36,236 bases of DNA. Origin: Nocardioidaceae bacterium. Lineage in GTDB: Bacteria > Actinomycetota > Actinomycetes > Propionibacteriales > Nocardioidaceae. Below, one piece after another: positions 1 to 11,197 of the stretch (position 1 is the stretch's first letter; each line of letters starts with the position of its first letter). The translations under genes were made by a program, and so were the position numbers. The notes beneath the pieces are model-generated. The model had not been told where the DNA came from. It did not search any database and was given only the letters and a program-made list of their open reading frames with translations. Location: the NCBI GenBank assembly GCA_035473375.1, contig DATIOH010000166.1, forward strand, positions 1-36,236, read 5' to 3'.

Positions 1-117
1 ATCGCCGAGCTCGGGCCGGAGGCAGTGGTGGTCGTCTGCCTGTCCGGCCGAGGCGACAAGGACATGGACACCGCCAACACCTGGTTCGGTCTGGTCGACT
101 CTGGAGACGATGTATGA
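1..117 (+). CDS. trpB: tryptophan synthase beta chain, C-terminal fragment (5' end lies outside the window)
   Basis: Frame 1 reads [38 protein letters not shown]. The LSGRGDKD motif near the C-terminus is typical of TrpB, and trpA follows. The TGA at 115-117 overlaps an ATG at 114-116. Confidence 0.85.
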   Translation: MAELGPEAVVVVCLSGRGDKDMDTANTWFGLVDSGDDV

Positions 118-188
118 GTGACCCTGGAGACGATGCATGAGCGACTCTGGAGACGACGTATGAGCGACTCCGGCGACGACGCATGAGT
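97..188 (+). repeat. 4 x 23-nt imperfect tandem repeat spanning the trpB stop / trpA start junction
   Basis: The four copies are 97-119 gactctggagacgatgtatgagt, 120-142 gaccctggagacgatgcatgagc, 143-165 gactctggagacgacgtatgagc and 166-188 gactccggcgacgacgcatgagt. Copies 2-4 differ from copy 1 at 3, 2 and 4 positions. Every copy keeps an intact ATGA. Confidence 0.95.
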
Positions 189-986
189 GGGGTCGCAGCC
201 GCTTTCGCGGAGGCGCGTGCGGAGGGGCGGGCGACCCTCGTCGGCTACCTCCCGGCCGGGTTCCCGACCGTCGACGACTCGATCGCCCTGATCGCGGCAA
301 TGGTCGAGGGCGGGGTCGACGTCGTCGAGATCGGCCTTCCCTATAGCGACCCGGTGATGGACGGTCCGTCGATCCAGGCCGCCGCCGACATCGCCCTTCG
401 GGCCGGGGTTCGCATTCGCGACGTCTTCCGGGTGGTCGAGGCCACCGCAGCCGTCGCGCCGACGCTGGTGATGACCTATTGGAACCCCGTCGAGCGCTTC
501 GGCGTCGAGCGGTTCGCCGACCAGCTCGTCGCGGCTGGCGGGAGCGGCCTGATCACCCCCGATCTGATTCCCGACGAGGCCGACGAGTGGGTTGTTGCGG
601 CCGACTCGCACGACCTCGACAAGGTCTTCCTCGTGGCTCCCTCGTCGACCGATCGGCGGCTCGAGATGACGTCGGCTGCCTGCCGAGGCTTCGTCTACGC
701 GACAAGCGTCATGGGAGTGACCGGGGCCCGCACGAAGACCAGCAGTGCGGCGCCCGAGCTGGTGGCGCGGGTGCGCGGCCTGTCCGATCTGCCGGTCGCG
801 GTCGGGCTCGGGGTGTCCAATGGCGACCAGGCGGCCGAGGTGGCGGCTTTTGCCGACGGGGTCGTCGTGGGGAGCGCGTTCGTCAACGCCGTCCGCTCGA
901 CAGTCTCCGACTCGGTCTCCGCGGTGCGCGACCTCGCCGCTGAGCTTGCGGAGGGCGTCCGCAGGGAACCCACCGCCCGCGCCTGA
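183..986 (+). CDS. trpA: tryptophan synthase alpha chain
   Basis: The 267-aa ORF begins MSGVAAAFAEARAEGRATLVGYLPAGFPTVDDS and contains VDVVEIGLPYSDPVMDGPSIQ, which is typical TrpA. It lies directly after trpB. Confidence 0.95.
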   Translation: MSGVAAAFAEARAEGRATLVGYLPAGFPTVDDSIALIAAMVEGGVDVVEIGLPYSDPVMDGPSIQAAADIALRAGVRIRDVFRVVEATAAVAPTLVMTYWNPVERFGVERFADQLVAAGGSGLITPDLIPDEADEWVVAADSHDLDKVFLVAPSSTDRRLEMTSAACRGFVYATSVMGVTGARTKTSSAAPELVARVRGLSDLPVAVGLGVSNGDQAAEVAAFADGVVVGSAFVNAVRSTVSDSVSAVRDLAAELAEGVRREPTARA

Positions 987-999
987 CGTTGGCGAGTCG

Positions 1000-1650
1000 A
1001 TGAGACGTAGTTGGCCCGTGCTGCGGGCACTGGGCGCCGTCTGCGCGGTTGCGATGCTGATCGGATGCGACACGAGCGCTCCGATGGCGGATCGGACGAC
1101 AGACGGCGGGGCGACGGGAGACATGGGCTCGGCCGTGTTCCGCGGCGCGCAGCCGGCTGCTCCCATGGCGATGCCGGACGTGACGCTGCAAACCGTCGAC
1201 GGCAAGCCGTTCAACCTGGTCACCGACACGACCCACCCGGTCACCCTGGTCTTCTTCGGCTACACGAACTGTCCCGACGTCTGCCCGCTGGTGATGACCG
1301 ACCTCACGATGGCGTATGCCGAGCTGCCGGCAGACGTCCGCGAGCAGACGCAGGTCCTGTTTGTCACCACAGACCCGACGCGCGACACGAGCAGCGTCCT
1401 GCGCACCTACCTCGACCGCTACAACCCAGCGTTCGTCGGGCTGACCGGAACTCTCCGCGCGATCACAGCGGCGGCGAGGGACCTTGGCGTCCCGATCACG
1501 GGGAAGAAGACCTTGCCGGGCGGAGGCTACGACGTCGGCCACGGGGCTCAGGTCATCGGCTTCGCACACGAGACCGCGCCGGTGATCTGGACGCCCGGCA
1601 CGCCCGTCGCCGCCATGGTCGCCGACATCCAGACGCTGGCCGGGCCGTGA
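1000..1650 (+). CDS. SCO1/SenC-family copper chaperone (thioredoxin fold), predicted lipoprotein
   Basis: An internal ATG at 1000 of ORF 745..1650 gives MRRSWPVLRALGAVCAVAMLIGC, a signal peptide plus lipobox Cys. The CPDVCP (CxxxC) motif lies in FFGYTNCPDVCPLVM. The upstream part of the ORF overlaps trpA and is Arg-rich, so it is likely not coding. Confidence 0.85.
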   Translation: MRRSWPVLRALGAVCAVAMLIGCDTSAPMADRTTDGGATGDMGSAVFRGAQPAAPMAMPDVTLQTVDGKPFNLVTDTTHPVTLVFFGYTNCPDVCPLVMTDLTMAYAELPADVREQTQVLFVTTDPTRDTSSVLRTYLDRYNPAFVGLTGTLRAITAAARDLGVPITGKKTLPGGGYDVGHGAQVIGFAHETAPVIWTPGTPVAAMVADIQTLAGP

Positions 1651-1688
1651 GCATGTCGTCCCGGGCGACGGGGTAGGTTGGCGCGGCG

Positions 1689-2720
1689 ATGTACGTCCCT
1701 TCGTCGGTACCCGAGTTCCTCGCCTCGATCCCCAGCCCGAGCAGAGGCGTGTGGCACATCGGACCCCTCCCGGTCCGTGGTTATGCGCTCTGCATCATCC
1801 TCGGCGTGGTTGTCGCGGTCTGGATGGGCGACAAACGGTGGATTCAGCGAGGCGGACGTCCAGGCACGGTCGGCGACGTCGCCGTCTGGGCGGTGCCGTT
1901 CGGACTTGTCGGCGGTCGGCTCTATCACGTCATCACCGACCCCGAGCTCTACTTCGGCGAGGGCAAGAGCCCGATCACCGCGCTGTACGTGTGGCGCGGC
2001 GGCCTCGGCCTGTGGGGGGCGATCGCGCTCGGAGGAGTGGGCGCCTACATCGCCTGTCGGCGGCGCGGCATCTGCTTCCCTGCGTTCGCCGACGCGCTCG
2101 CGCCCGGAATCGTCATCGCCCAGGCCATTGGCCGTTGGGGCAACTGGTTCAACCAGGAGCTGTACGGCAAGCCGACCGACCTTCCGTGGGGCCTCGAGAT
2201 CGACCCGGCCCACCGCGAGGGATTCCAGAGCGACACGACGTTCCAGCCGATCTTCCTGTACGAGTTCTTGTGGGACCTCGGCGTCGCCGGCCTGGTGCTG
2301 TGGGCCGACCGTCGCTACAAGCTCGGCCACGGCCGGGCGTTCGCGCTGTACGTCATGGCCTACACCGCCGGTCGCGGCTGGATCGAGATGCTGCGCGTCG
2401 ACGCGGTCAACCATGTGCTCGGCCTTCGACTCAACGTCTGGACGTCGATCGTCTTGTTCGTCTTGTCGACGATCTACTTCGTCGTTGTCGGGCGGAAGCA
2501 CCCGGGTCGCGAGGACCCCGCCACCGTCGAGCCCGCGCGCGACGGCGACGAGGGCGACCAGCAAGGCAAGCGCGACCGCGACGACAGCGGCGACAGCGAC
2601 GACAGCGACGCCACTGACACTCCCGCCAACACCGCCGCGGACGCGACCGCCGACGCAACCGCTGACGCAGCCGCGTCCGAGGGCGGCGACGAGAGCCGGT
2701 TAGGCGAGCCTGAGCGATAG
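1689..2720 (+). CDS. lgt: prolipoprotein diacylglyceryl transferase with an acidic low-complexity C-terminal tail
   Basis: [39 protein letters not shown] and [24 protein letters not shown] are Lgt signatures. The tail is [42 protein letters not shown]. The trpA-lgt neighbourhood is common in actinobacteria. Confidence 0.93.
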   Translation: MYVPSSVPEFLASIPSPSRGVWHIGPLPVRGYALCIILGVVVAVWMGDKRWIQRGGRPGTVGDVAVWAVPFGLVGGRLYHVITDPELYFGEGKSPITALYVWRGGLGLWGAIALGGVGAYIACRRRGICFPAFADALAPGIVIAQAIGRWGNWFNQELYGKPTDLPWGLEIDPAHREGFQSDTTFQPIFLYEFLWDLGVAGLVLWADRRYKLGHGRAFALYVMAYTAGRGWIEMLRVDAVNHVLGLRLNVWTSIVLFVLSTIYFVVVGRKHPGREDPATVEPARDGDEGDQQGKRDRDDSGDSDDSDATDTPANTAADATADATADAAASEGGDESRLGEPER

Positions 2721-2750
2721 CCCGTCGGCGCCCCGGTCGACAATCGAGCC

Positions 2751-3512
2751 ATGGCCGACCAGCCCACACCCGAACCGCGCATCAGCATCGCCGCCGAGCT
2801 CGGCGTCGCCGAAGAGACGATCGACCACGAGCATGCAGACGTCGCCGGCGGCTGGCTGCGGCCCGCCGTCTTCGGCGCGATGGACGGCCTGGTCTCGAAC
2901 TTCGCCCTGATCGCCGGCGTAGCGGGCGGCGTGGGCTCCGATCATCGCTCCGAGGTCGTCCTTGCGGGCATCGCGGGGCTCGCGGCGGGCGCGTTCTCGA
3001 TGGCCGCGGGCGAGTACACCTCGGTCGCCAGCCAGAGCGAGCACACCCGTGCCGAGATCGAGATCGAGCGCCGCGAGATCCTCGCCAAGCCGCGGGCCGA
3101 GCAGGCCGAGCTCGCGCAGATGTACGTCGACCGGGGTATCGACCGCGACCTCGCGATGGCGATCGCGGAGCAGGTACACGCCGACCCGGGCCTTGCCCTC
3201 CAGGTTCACACGCGGGAGGAGATGGGCGTCGATCCCGACAACCTGCCCTCGCCCGTCGTGGCGGCGGTGTCTTCGTTCGTGTCGTTCGCGATCGGCGCAT
3301 TGCTTCCCGTGTTTCCGTATCTTGTCGGCGCCGAGTCGCTCGTGCCGTCCCTGATCGTGAGCCTGCTGGCGCTGTTCGCCTGCGGCGCGATCGTGTCGCG
3401 GGTGACGACCCGCTCGTGGTGGTTTGGCGGGCTTCGACAGCTCACGCTGGGCGCCGTCGCCGCCGGGTTGACCTTCGTCATCGGCGATCTCGTCGGCACG
3501 TCCGTCGGGTAG
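2751..3512 (+). CDS. VIT1/CCC1-family (iron/manganese) membrane transporter
   Basis: The sequence contains [22 protein letters not shown] and [10 protein letters not shown], followed by a hydrophobic C-terminal helix bundle. This layout is typical of the VIT family. Confidence 0.82.
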   Translation: MADQPTPEPRISIAAELGVAEETIDHEHADVAGGWLRPAVFGAMDGLVSNFALIAGVAGGVGSDHRSEVVLAGIAGLAAGAFSMAAGEYTSVASQSEHTRAEIEIERREILAKPRAEQAELAQMYVDRGIDRDLAMAIAEQVHADPGLALQVHTREEMGVDPDNLPSPVVAAVSSFVSFAIGALLPVFPYLVGAESLVPSLIVSLLALFACGAIVSRVTTRSWWFGGLRQLTLGAVAAGLTFVIGDLVGTSVG

Positions 3513-3688
3513 ATCCGACGCGTGTCCGGATGGCGTCTGAGACGCGGGTCAGGCGGGCCTTGTCGTGTACGCTCCAGACACTATTCGTGCAGGCCAACGT
3601 CGTCCTTGCAAGTACCAACTGCACCCAGAAGGTTGCAACACGGTGCGCGGGCCTCTCCGCTCGCCGTTCGACGACGGGAGACACGCGC

Positions 3689-6600
3689 ATGAAGGCTGTC
3701 CCGCCGCCCCAAGGGCTCTATGACGGCGCGCACGAGCACGACGCCTGCGGCGTCGCCTTCGTGGCCACTCTCACGGCCGAGGCTTCGCACGACATCGTCG
3801 TCAAGGCGCTGACAGCCCTCCGCAACCTCGAGCACCGCGGAGCGTCGGGCGCCGAGCCCGACTCGGGCGACGGCGCCGGCATCCTGATGCAGCTGCCCGA
3901 CGCGTTCTTCCGCGGCGTCTGCGAGTTCGAGCTCCCGCCGCCCGGCACCTACGCAGCGGGCATGGCATTCCTTCCCGGCGACGCGGCGGCCGTGTCCCAC
4001 ACGAAGACAGTGATCGACGAGCTCGCCGCGGAGGAGGGGCTGCGGATCGTCGGCTGGCGCCCGGTGCCGGTCGTCCCCGATCTGCTCGGCGCGACGTCAC
4101 GCGCATGCATGCCCCGGTTCGAGCAGCTGTTCGTCGTCGCCGACGGCGGCCGTGCGCTCGGTCTCGCACTCGAGCGGATGGCCTTCTGCCTGCGCAAGCG
4201 CGTCGAGCACCAGACCGACGCGTACTTCGCGTCGCTGTCGTCGCGCACGCTCGTCTACAAGGGGATGCTGACCACCGGGCAGCTCGACACGTTCTACCCC
4301 GACCTCGTCGACCCACGAGTGGCCTCGGCGATGGCAGTCGTCCACTCGCGGTTCTCGACCAACACGTTCCCGTCGTGGCCGCTGGCGCACCCGTACCGAT
4401 TCATCGCTCACAACGGCGAGATCAACACCGTCAAGGGCAACCGCAATTGGATGCGTGCCCGTGAGGCGCTGCTCGCGAGTGACCTGATCCCCGGCGACCT
4501 CGCCCGCATCTTCCCGATCTGCACGCCCGATGCGTCCGACTCCGCGTCCTTCGACGAGGTGCTCGAGCTGCTCCACCTGGGCGGACGGTCGCTGCCGCAC
4601 GCAGTGCTGATGATGATTCCCGAGGCCTGGGAGAACCACGCCGAGATGAGCCGGGCGCGACGCGCGTTCTACGAGTTCCACTCCGCCCTGATGGAGCCGT
4701 GGGACGGGCCGGCCTGCGTCGTCTTCAGCGACGGCACGAAGATCGGCGCCGTCCTCGACCGCAACGGCCTGCGCCCCTCGCGGTACTGGGTGACCGACGA
4801 CGGGCTGGTTGTGCTGGCATCCGAGGTCGGCGTGCTCGACCTGCCGGCGTCGTCCGTCGTTCGCAAGGGCCGTCTCCAGCCGGGCCGGATGTTCCTCGTC
4901 GACCTCGAAGAGAACCGGATCGTCGAAGACGACGAGATCAAGGACGCGCTGGCCGCCGAGGCACCGTACGACGAGTGGCTGCACGCTGGCCTGATCAAGC
5001 TCGAGGGACTGCCTCCGCGTCAGCACATCGTCCACACGCACAAGTCGGTGACCCGGCGGCAGCAGGTGTTCGGCTATACCGAGGAGGAGCTGCGCGTCCT
5101 GCTCGTCCCGATGGCGCGCGCGGGCGCCGAGCCGATCGGCTCCATGGGCACCGACACCCCGATCGCGGCATTGTCCGATCGATCGCGGATGCTCTTCGAC
5201 TACTTCAGCCAGTTGTTCGCTCAGGTCACGAACCCACCGCTCGATGCCATCCGCGAAGAGCTGGTCACCTCGCTCGCCGGCACGATCGGGCCAGAGTCGA
5301 ATCTGCTCGACGCGGGCCCGAGATCGTGCCGCCAGGTCGTGATCCCCTTCCCGGTCATCGACAACGACGCACTCACGCGGATCGTCCACATCAACCGCGA
5401 CGGCGACCTCCCGGGCTACTCGACGCACGTGGTCCGAGGCCTCTACGACGTCACCGGCGGCGGTGCGGCGCTGGCGGCGAAGCTCGAGGACATCTGCGCC
5501 GAGGTGTCTGCGGCGATCGCCGACGGAGCCCGCATCATCGTGCTGTCCGACCGGCATTCGACCGCCGACGTCGCGCCGATCCCGTCGCTCCTGCTTACCG
5601 GCGCGGTCCACCACCACCTAGTGCGCGAGAAGAGCCGCACCAAGGTCGGGCTGGTGGTCGAGGCGGGCGACGTGCGCGAGGTGCACCACGTTGCGCTGCT
5701 GATCGCCTACGGTGCCGCGGCAGTCAATCCCTACCTCGCGATGGAGTCGGTCGAAGACGTCGCCCGCGAAGGCGTCTTCCTGACCGACGTCGAGCCCGAA
5801 GTCGCCGTCCGCAACCTCGTCAAGGCGCTCGGCAAGGGCGTGCTCAAGGTCATGAGCAAGATGGGCGTGTCGACGGTCGCGTCGTACACCGGCGCGCAGA
5901 TCTTCGAGGCGGTCGGACTCGCGTCCGACGTCGTCGACCGCTACTTCACCGGCACGACGTCGAAGCTCGGCGGAATCGGCCTCGACGTCATCGCGGCAGA
6001 GGTCGCGCAGCGACACGCGCGCGCCTATCCGGCCAACGGCATCCCACCCGCGCACCGACGGCTCGACATCGGCGGCGAGTACCGATGGCGACGCGAGGGC
6101 GAACCGCATCTTTTCGACCCCGAGACAGTGTTCCGGCTGCAGCACTCCACCCGAAGCGGTCGCTACGACATCTTCAAGCAGTACACCGGGCTGGTCGACG
6201 AGCAGTCGCGACGGCTGATGACGCTGCGCGGCCTGTTCGACCTTGCGTCTGAGCGGCCGCCGGTTCCGATCGACGAGGTTGAGCCGGTGTCGTCGATCGT
6301 CACTCGATTTTCGACCGGCGCGATGTCGTACGGGTCGATCAGCCGTGAGGCCCACGAGACGCTCGCGATCGCCATGAATCGGTTGGGCGGCAAGTCCAAC
6401 ACCGGCGAAGGCGGAGAGGACTCCGATCGCCTTCAAGACCCGGCGCGACGCAGCGCGATCAAGCAGGTCGCGTCGGGACGATTCGGCGTGACAAGCGAGT
6501 ACCTGACGTTTGCGTCCGACATCCAGATCAAGATGGCCCAGGGCGCCAAGCCGGGGGAGGGCGGCCAGCTGCCCGGGCACAAGGTCTACCCGTGGGTCGC

Positions 6601-8209
6601 CAAGACGCGGCACTCGACGCCCGGGGTCGGCCTCATCTCGCCGCCGCCACACCACGACATCTACTCGATCGAAGACCTCAAGCAGCTCATCCACGACCTC
6701 AAGAACGCCAACCCCGTCGCACGGATCCACGTGAAGCTCGTGTCGGAGGTCGGCGTCGGAACGGTCGCCGCGGGCGTTGCGAAGGCACACGCCGACGTGG
6801 TCCTGATCAGCGGCCATGACGGCGGCACCGGCGCCGCGCCCCTGACGTCGCTAAAGCATGCGGGCGGACCATGGGAGCTCGGCCTTGCCGAGACCCAGCA
6901 GACGCTGCTGCTCAACGGCCTGCGCGAGCGAATCGTCGTCCAGTGCGATGGACAGCTCAAGACAGGACGCGACGTCGTCGTGGCGGCCCTGCTCGGTGCC
7001 GAGGAGTTCGGCTTCGCGACCGCTCCGCTGGTCGTGTCGGGGTGCGTCATGATGCGGGTCTGCCACCTCGACACCTGCCCGGTCGGCGTCGCGACGCAGA
7101 ACCCGGTGCTGCGCGAGCGCTACTCCGGCAAGGCCGAGCACGTCGTCACCTTCTTCGAGTTCATCGCGCAGGAGGTGCGCGAGCTCTTGGCCGAGCTGGG
7201 CTTCCGCTCGATCGCCGAGGCCGTCGGACACACCGAGGCTCTCGATGCTCGCGAGGCGGTTCAGCATTGGAAGGCGGCGGGCCTCGACCTGTCGCCGATC
7301 CTGCATGTGCCCGACCTGCCGACCGGCGCGTCGCGGCGCCAGACGGTCCAGCAGGACCACGGCCTCGACCGTGCGCTCGACAACGAGCTGATCGCGCTGT
7401 CGCGGCCGGCGATCGACTCGGGCGAGCCCGTGCGGGCGCAGCTCGCCGTGCGAAACGTCAACCGCACCGTCGGGACGATGCTCGGCCATGAGGTGACGAA
7501 GGCGCATCCGACCGGCCTGCCCGACGGTCTGATCGACATCCGCCTGGTGGGATCGGCCGGTCAGTCGTTCGGCGCGTTCGTTCCGCGCGGCGTGACGTTG
7601 CGGCTCGAGGGCGACGCCAACGACTACCTCGCGAAGGGCCTGTCGGGCGGGCGCATCGTGGTGCGGCCCGATCTTGGCGCGCGCTTCGCAGCCGAGGACG
7701 AGATCATCGCGGGCAACGTCATCGCGTATGGCGCCACGTCTGGCCACGTATTCATCCGTGGCCAGGTCGGCGAGCGGTTCGCTGTCCGGAACTCGGGTGC
7801 GTCGCTTGTCGTCGAGGGCGTCGGCGACCACGGCTGTGAGTACATGACGGGAGGCGCAGTCGTCGTCCTTGGGCCGACAGGCCGCAACTTCGCGGCCGGC
7901 ATGAGCGGCGGCGTCGGCTACGTTCTCGATCTCGACACGGGGCGCGTCAACACCGACATGGTCGACCTCGAGCCGCTCGACTCCGCCTCGCGCGACGTGC
8001 TGCACGAGCTCATCGTTCAGCACCTCGAAGAGACCGAGTCGCCAGTCGCCGAGAAGCTGCTCGCCGACTGGCCGTCGTCATCAGACCGCTTCACCAAGGT
8101 GATGCCGCGCGACTATCGCGCGGCGCTCGATGCACGCGACGCTGCCGAGCGGGCTGGCCTCACGGAGGCCGAGGCCACGGCGATGATGATGGAGGCCGCT
8201 CATGGCTGA
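3689..8209 (+). CDS. gltB: glutamate synthase large subunit
   Basis: An internal ATG at 3689 of ORF 3416..8209 gives [26 protein letters not shown], the Ntn-amidotransferase Cys. A central FMN/Fe-S domain ([22 protein letters not shown]) and a C-terminal GXGXG domain follow. The upstream ORF extension overlaps the VIT gene. Confidence 0.95.
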   Translation: MKAVPPPQGLYDGAHEHDACGVAFVATLTAEASHDIVVKALTALRNLEHRGASGAEPDSGDGAGILMQLPDAFFRGVCEFELPPPGTYAAGMAFLPGDAAAVSHTKTVIDELAAEEGLRIVGWRPVPVVPDLLGATSRACMPRFEQLFVVADGGRALGLALERMAFCLRKRVEHQTDAYFASLSSRTLVYKGMLTTGQLDTFYPDLVDPRVASAMAVVHSRFSTNTFPSWPLAHPYRFIAHNGEINTVKGNRNWMRAREALLASDLIPGDLARIFPICTPDASDSASFDEVLELLHLGGRSLPHAVLMMIPEAWENHAEMSRARRAFYEFHSALMEPWDGPACVVFSDGTKIGAVLDRNGLRPSRYWVTDDGLVVLASEVGVLDLPASSVVRKGRLQPGRMFLVDLEENRIVEDDEIKDALAAEAPYDEWLHAGLIKLEGLPPRQHIVHTHKSVTRRQQVFGYTEEELRVLLVPMARAGAEPIGSMGTDTPIAALSDRSRMLFDYFSQLFAQVTNPPLDAIREELVTSLAGTIGPESNLLDAGPRSCRQVVIPFPVIDNDALTRIVHINRDGDLPGYSTHVVRGLYDVTGGGAALAAKLEDICAEVSAAIADGARIIVLSDRHSTADVAPIPSLLLTGAVHHHLVREKSRTKVGLVVEAGDVREVHHVALLIAYGAAAVNPYLAMESVEDVAREGVFLTDVEPEVAVRNLVKALGKGVLKVMSKMGVSTVASYTGAQIFEAVGLASDVVDRYFTGTTSKLGGIGLDVIAAEVAQRHARAYPANGIPPAHRRLDIGGEYRWRREGEPHLFDPETVFRLQHSTRSGRYDIFKQYTGLVDEQSRRLMTLRGLFDLASERPPVPIDEVEPVSSIVTRFSTGAMSYGSISREAHETLAIAMNRLGGKSNTGEGGEDSDRLQDPARRSAIKQVASGRFGVTSEYLTFASDIQIKMAQGAKPGEGGQLPGHKVYPWVAKTRHSTPGVGLISPPPHHDIYSIEDLKQLIHDLKNANPVARIHVKLVSEVGVGTVAAGVAKAHADVVLISGHDGGTGAAPLTSLKHAGGPWELGLAETQQTLLLNGLRERIVVQCDGQLKTGRDVVVAALLGAEEFGFATAPLVVSGCVMMRVCHLDTCPVGVATQNPVLRERYSGKAEHVVTFFEFIAQEVRELLAELGFRSIAEAVGHTEALDAREAVQHWKAAGLDLSPILHVPDLPTGASRRQTVQQDHGLDRALDNELIALSRPAIDSGEPVRAQLAVRNVNRTVGTMLGHEVTKAHPTGLPDGLIDIRLVGSAGQSFGAFVPRGVTLRLEGDANDYLAKGLSGGRIVVRPDLGARFAAEDEIIAGNVIAYGATSGHVFIRGQVGERFAVRNSGASLVVEGVGDHGCEYMTGGAVVVLGPTGRNFAAGMSGGVGYVLDLDTGRVNTDMVDLEPLDSASRDVLHELIVQHLEETESPVAEKLLADWPSSSDRFTKVMPRDYRAALDARDAAERAGLTEAEATAMMMEAAHG

Positions 8210-9674
8210 CCCTCGTGGCTTCATCACGACACCTCGCGAGGTCGCGCAGCGGCGTCCGATCGACGAGCGGGTCACCGACTGGCGCGAGGTCTATCCCGAC
8301 GATGCAGGGCGGGTACTGCTGCCGATCATCTCCAAGCAGGCCGGGCGCTGCATGGACTGCGGCATCCCGTTCTGCCACCAGGGCTGCCCGCTCGGCAACC
8401 TGATCCCCGAGTGGAACGACCTGGTGTATCGCGACGACTGGGAGGGCGCGATCGAGCGGTTGCACGCCACGAACAACTTCCCGGAGTTCACCGGCCGGCT
8501 CTGCCCGGCCCCGTGCGAGACGTCGTGCGTTCTCGGCATCAACCAGGACCCGGTAACGATCAAGAACGTCGAGGTCGCCATCGTCGATCGGGCGTGGGAC
8601 CTCGGGCTGATCCGCCCGCAGCAGGCCGAGTGGCTGACCGGCAAGACCGTCGCGGTCGTCGGCTCCGGCCCGTCGGGTCTGGCCGCGGCACAGCAACTGA
8701 CCCGTGCCGGTCACACCGTGGTCGTGTACGAACGCGCGGACGAGGTCGGCGGCCTGCTTCGTTACGGCATCCCTGAGTTCAAGATGGAAAAGCGGCAGCT
8801 CGACCGGCGACTCACGCAGATGCGCAAGGAAGGCACGGTGTTTCACGCGGGGGTCGACGTGGGGTCGGCGATCACGGGCGCCGAGCTGCGCGAGCGGTTC
8901 GACGCCATTGTGCTCGCCGTCGGTGCGACGGTCGCGCGTGATCTGCCGGTGCCCGGCCGTGAGCTCGACGGCATCCACCAAGCCATGGACTACTTGCCGC
9001 AGTCGAATCGCGCCTCTCTCGGAAAATCAGTCGACGGCCAGATCACAGCGGCCGGCAAGCACGTCGTCATCATCGGCGGGGGCGACACCGGCGCCGACTG
9101 TCTGGGCACCGCGCACCGGCAGGGCGCGCGCTCGGTGACCCAGCTCGAGATCCTGCCACAGCCGACGTCCGAGCGTCCCGACAACCAGCCGTGGCCGACC
9201 TATCCGATGACCTTCCGGGTGTCGTCGGCCCATGAGGAGGGCGGCGACCGGGTGTACGGCGTGTCGACGAGTGAGTTCGTGGGCGACCACGGCGCGGGCG
9301 GCGGCGTGCAGACCCTGCGGCTGTCGGAGGTCGAGTTGGTCGACGGCAGGTTCACGCCTGTCGACGGCTCTGAGCGCGAGATCCCCGCCGAGCTGGTTCT
9401 GCTCGCGATGGGCTTCACCGGGCCGGAGCCGGACGGGCTCCTCGGCCAGCTCGGAGTCGAGCTCGACCCGCGGGGGAATGTGGTCCGCGACGACCAGTAC
9501 GCAACTACCGTTCCCGGGGTCTACGTGGCTGGAGACGCCGGGCGTGGCCAGTCGCTGATCGTCTGGGCGATCGCCGAGGGACGGTCGGCCGCCGCAGCCG
9601 TCGATCGCGCCCTGACCGGGACGACGACCCTGCCGGCGCCGATTCCCCCGACGGCGCGGCCCCTCACTGCGTGA
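8202..9674 (+). CDS. gltD: glutamate synthase small subunit (NADPH)
   Basis: The 490-aa product has Fe-S cysteines ([26 protein letters not shown]) and dinucleotide folds ([27 protein letters not shown]). It overlaps the gltB stop by 8 nt. Confidence 0.95.
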   Translation: MADPRGFITTPREVAQRRPIDERVTDWREVYPDDAGRVLLPIISKQAGRCMDCGIPFCHQGCPLGNLIPEWNDLVYRDDWEGAIERLHATNNFPEFTGRLCPAPCETSCVLGINQDPVTIKNVEVAIVDRAWDLGLIRPQQAEWLTGKTVAVVGSGPSGLAAAQQLTRAGHTVVVYERADEVGGLLRYGIPEFKMEKRQLDRRLTQMRKEGTVFHAGVDVGSAITGAELRERFDAIVLAVGATVARDLPVPGRELDGIHQAMDYLPQSNRASLGKSVDGQITAAGKHVVIIGGGDTGADCLGTAHRQGARSVTQLEILPQPTSERPDNQPWPTYPMTFRVSSAHEEGGDRVYGVSTSEFVGDHGAGGGVQTLRLSEVELVDGRFTPVDGSEREIPAELVLLAMGFTGPEPDGLLGQLGVELDPRGNVVRDDQYATTVPGVYVAGDAGRGQSLIVWAIAEGRSAAAAVDRALTGTTTLPAPIPPTARPLTA

Positions 9675-9732
9675 ATCGCCGTCGTTGCAGTCCTCGCAGT
9701 CGAGATGTGGTCGAGAGATAAGGTTGTGATCT

Positions 9733-11178
9733 GTGCGTAGAGCCAAGATCGTCTGCACCCTCGGGCCCGCGAGCTCGACCCCCGAGAAGATCCGCGAACT
9801 CGTCGAAGCCGGCATGAACGTCGCCCGGCTCAATCTCAGCCACGGCACCCACGAACTGCACGAAGAGTCCTACCGGATGATCCGGGAGGCGTCCGACGAG
9901 TCAGGCCACGCGGTCGGCATCCTGGTCGACCTGCAAGGCCCCAAGATTCGCCTCGGACGCTTCGCCGACGGACCGATCGTGGTGGCCGAGGGCGACGAGT
10001 TCGTCATCAGCACGCGTGACGTCGACGGCGACCAGAGCAGGTGCTCGACGACCTACAAGGGACTTTGCGGCGACGTCTCCGCAGGCGACACGATCCTGAT
10101 CGACGACGGCAATGTCCGGCTCACGGCGACGGAGGTCTCGGCGTCGGAAGTGCGCACCAAGGTGGAGGTTGGCGGGCGGCTCAGCGACCACAAGGGAATC
10201 AACCTGCCGGGCGTCGCCGTCAGCGTGCCCGCGATGAGCGACAAGGACATCGACGACTTGCGGTGGGCCCTTCACTTGCGCGCCGACATGGTGGCCCTGT
10301 CGTTCGTGCGCTCGGCTGCCGACGTCGACGCCGTGCGGACGGTGATGCGCGAGGAGGGCGAGCTCCTGCCGATCATCGCCAAAATCGAGAAGCCGCAGGC
10401 CATCGATCACATCGACGAGATCATTGACGCGTTCGACGGTGTGATGGTCGCGCGCGGTGACCTCGGCGTCGAGATGCCGCTCGAGGACGTGCCGTTCCTG
10501 CAGAAGCAGGTGACCGAGGCGGCTCGTCGCAACGCCAAGCCGGCGATCGTCGCGACCCAGATGCTCGAGTCGATGATCTCGTCGCCGCGACCGACCCGGG
10601 CCGAGGCGTCCGACGTCGCCAACGCCGTGCTCGACGGAGCCGACGCGGTGATGCTGTCGGGCGAGACGAGCGTCGGCAAGTACCCAGTCGACGCCGTCGA
10701 GACGATGGCCCGCATCATCGCGTCGACCGAGGACCACGGCCTGACCCGGATGGCCGCGATCGATTGGCAGCCGCACACGCGCGGCGGCATCATCGCCAAG
10801 GCCGCGGCTGAGGTCGCCGAGCGCGTCGGTGCGAAGTTCCTGGTCGCGTTCAGCCAGTCGGGCGACACCGCCCGCCGGTTGGCCCGCTACCGCTCGGAGA
10901 TCCCCGTGCTGTGCTTCACCCCCGAGCCGCCGGTCCGCTCGCAGTTGGCGGTGACGTGGGGAGTCGAGACGTTCCTTGGGCCCCTCGTCGAGCACACCGA
11001 CGAGATGGTGATGCAGGTCGACAAGGCGCTGCTCGACATCGGCCGCTGCGAGGAGGGCGACCTCGTCGTGATCGTCGCCGGCAGCCCGCCCGGCATTCCC
11101 GGCTCGACCAACGCGCTCCGCGTGCATCGGATGGGCGACGCGGTCAACGGCGCGGCGCCGGCGTATCGGCGGATCTGA
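9733..11178 (+). CDS. pyk: pyruvate kinase
   Basis: A GTG start gives MRRAKIVCTLGPASSTPEKIRELVEAGMNVARLNLSHG. MVARGDLGVEMP and ATQMLESM are also present, all canonical PK motifs. Confidence 0.95.
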   Translation: MRRAKIVCTLGPASSTPEKIRELVEAGMNVARLNLSHGTHELHEESYRMIREASDESGHAVGILVDLQGPKIRLGRFADGPIVVAEGDEFVISTRDVDGDQSRCSTTYKGLCGDVSAGDTILIDDGNVRLTATEVSASEVRTKVEVGGRLSDHKGINLPGVAVSVPAMSDKDIDDLRWALHLRADMVALSFVRSAADVDAVRTVMREEGELLPIIAKIEKPQAIDHIDEIIDAFDGVMVARGDLGVEMPLEDVPFLQKQVTEAARRNAKPAIVATQMLESMISSPRPTRAEASDVANAVLDGADAVMLSGETSVGKYPVDAVETMARIIASTEDHGLTRMAAIDWQPHTRGGIIAKAAAEVAERVGAKFLVAFSQSGDTARRLARYRSEIPVLCFTPEPPVRSQLAVTWGVETFLGPLVEHTDEMVMQVDKALLDIGRCEEGDLVVIVAGSPPGIPGSTNALRVHRMGDAVNGAAPAYRRI

Positions 11179-11197
11179 GGACGGTTGAACTATCGCT

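Noticed and set aside
3416-3688. N-terminal extensions of several ORF-track entries: gltB 3416-3688, SCO 745-999, polA 19401-19838, flavin reductase 25692-26090, Hcy methyltransferase 27508-27954, rpsA 28939-29055, livF 15134-15259 and sigma 33551-33616.
   Set aside because: The extensions overlap neighbouring well-supported genes or are Arg-rich with no similarity to the family N-termini. Internal starts give the canonical N-terminal sequences, often with a Shine-Dalgarno-like purine run.
3513-3688. Possible GlnR-type boxes or a promoter in the gltB leader (ttgcaa, ggttgcaac, gacac, tacgct).
   Set aside because: I could not assemble a proper gTnAc-N6-GnnAc pair or a -35/-10 pair with correct spacing. 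The palindromic hexamers are short enough to occur by chance.
9901-11197. The C-terminal 430 codons or so of the 696-aa minus-strand ORF 9901..11991.
   Set aside because: This part is antisense to pyruvate kinase and is read-through in the wrong frame after the frameshift in the LAGLIDADG-type pseudogene. The true reading frame of that gene ends at the TAA at 11198-11200.
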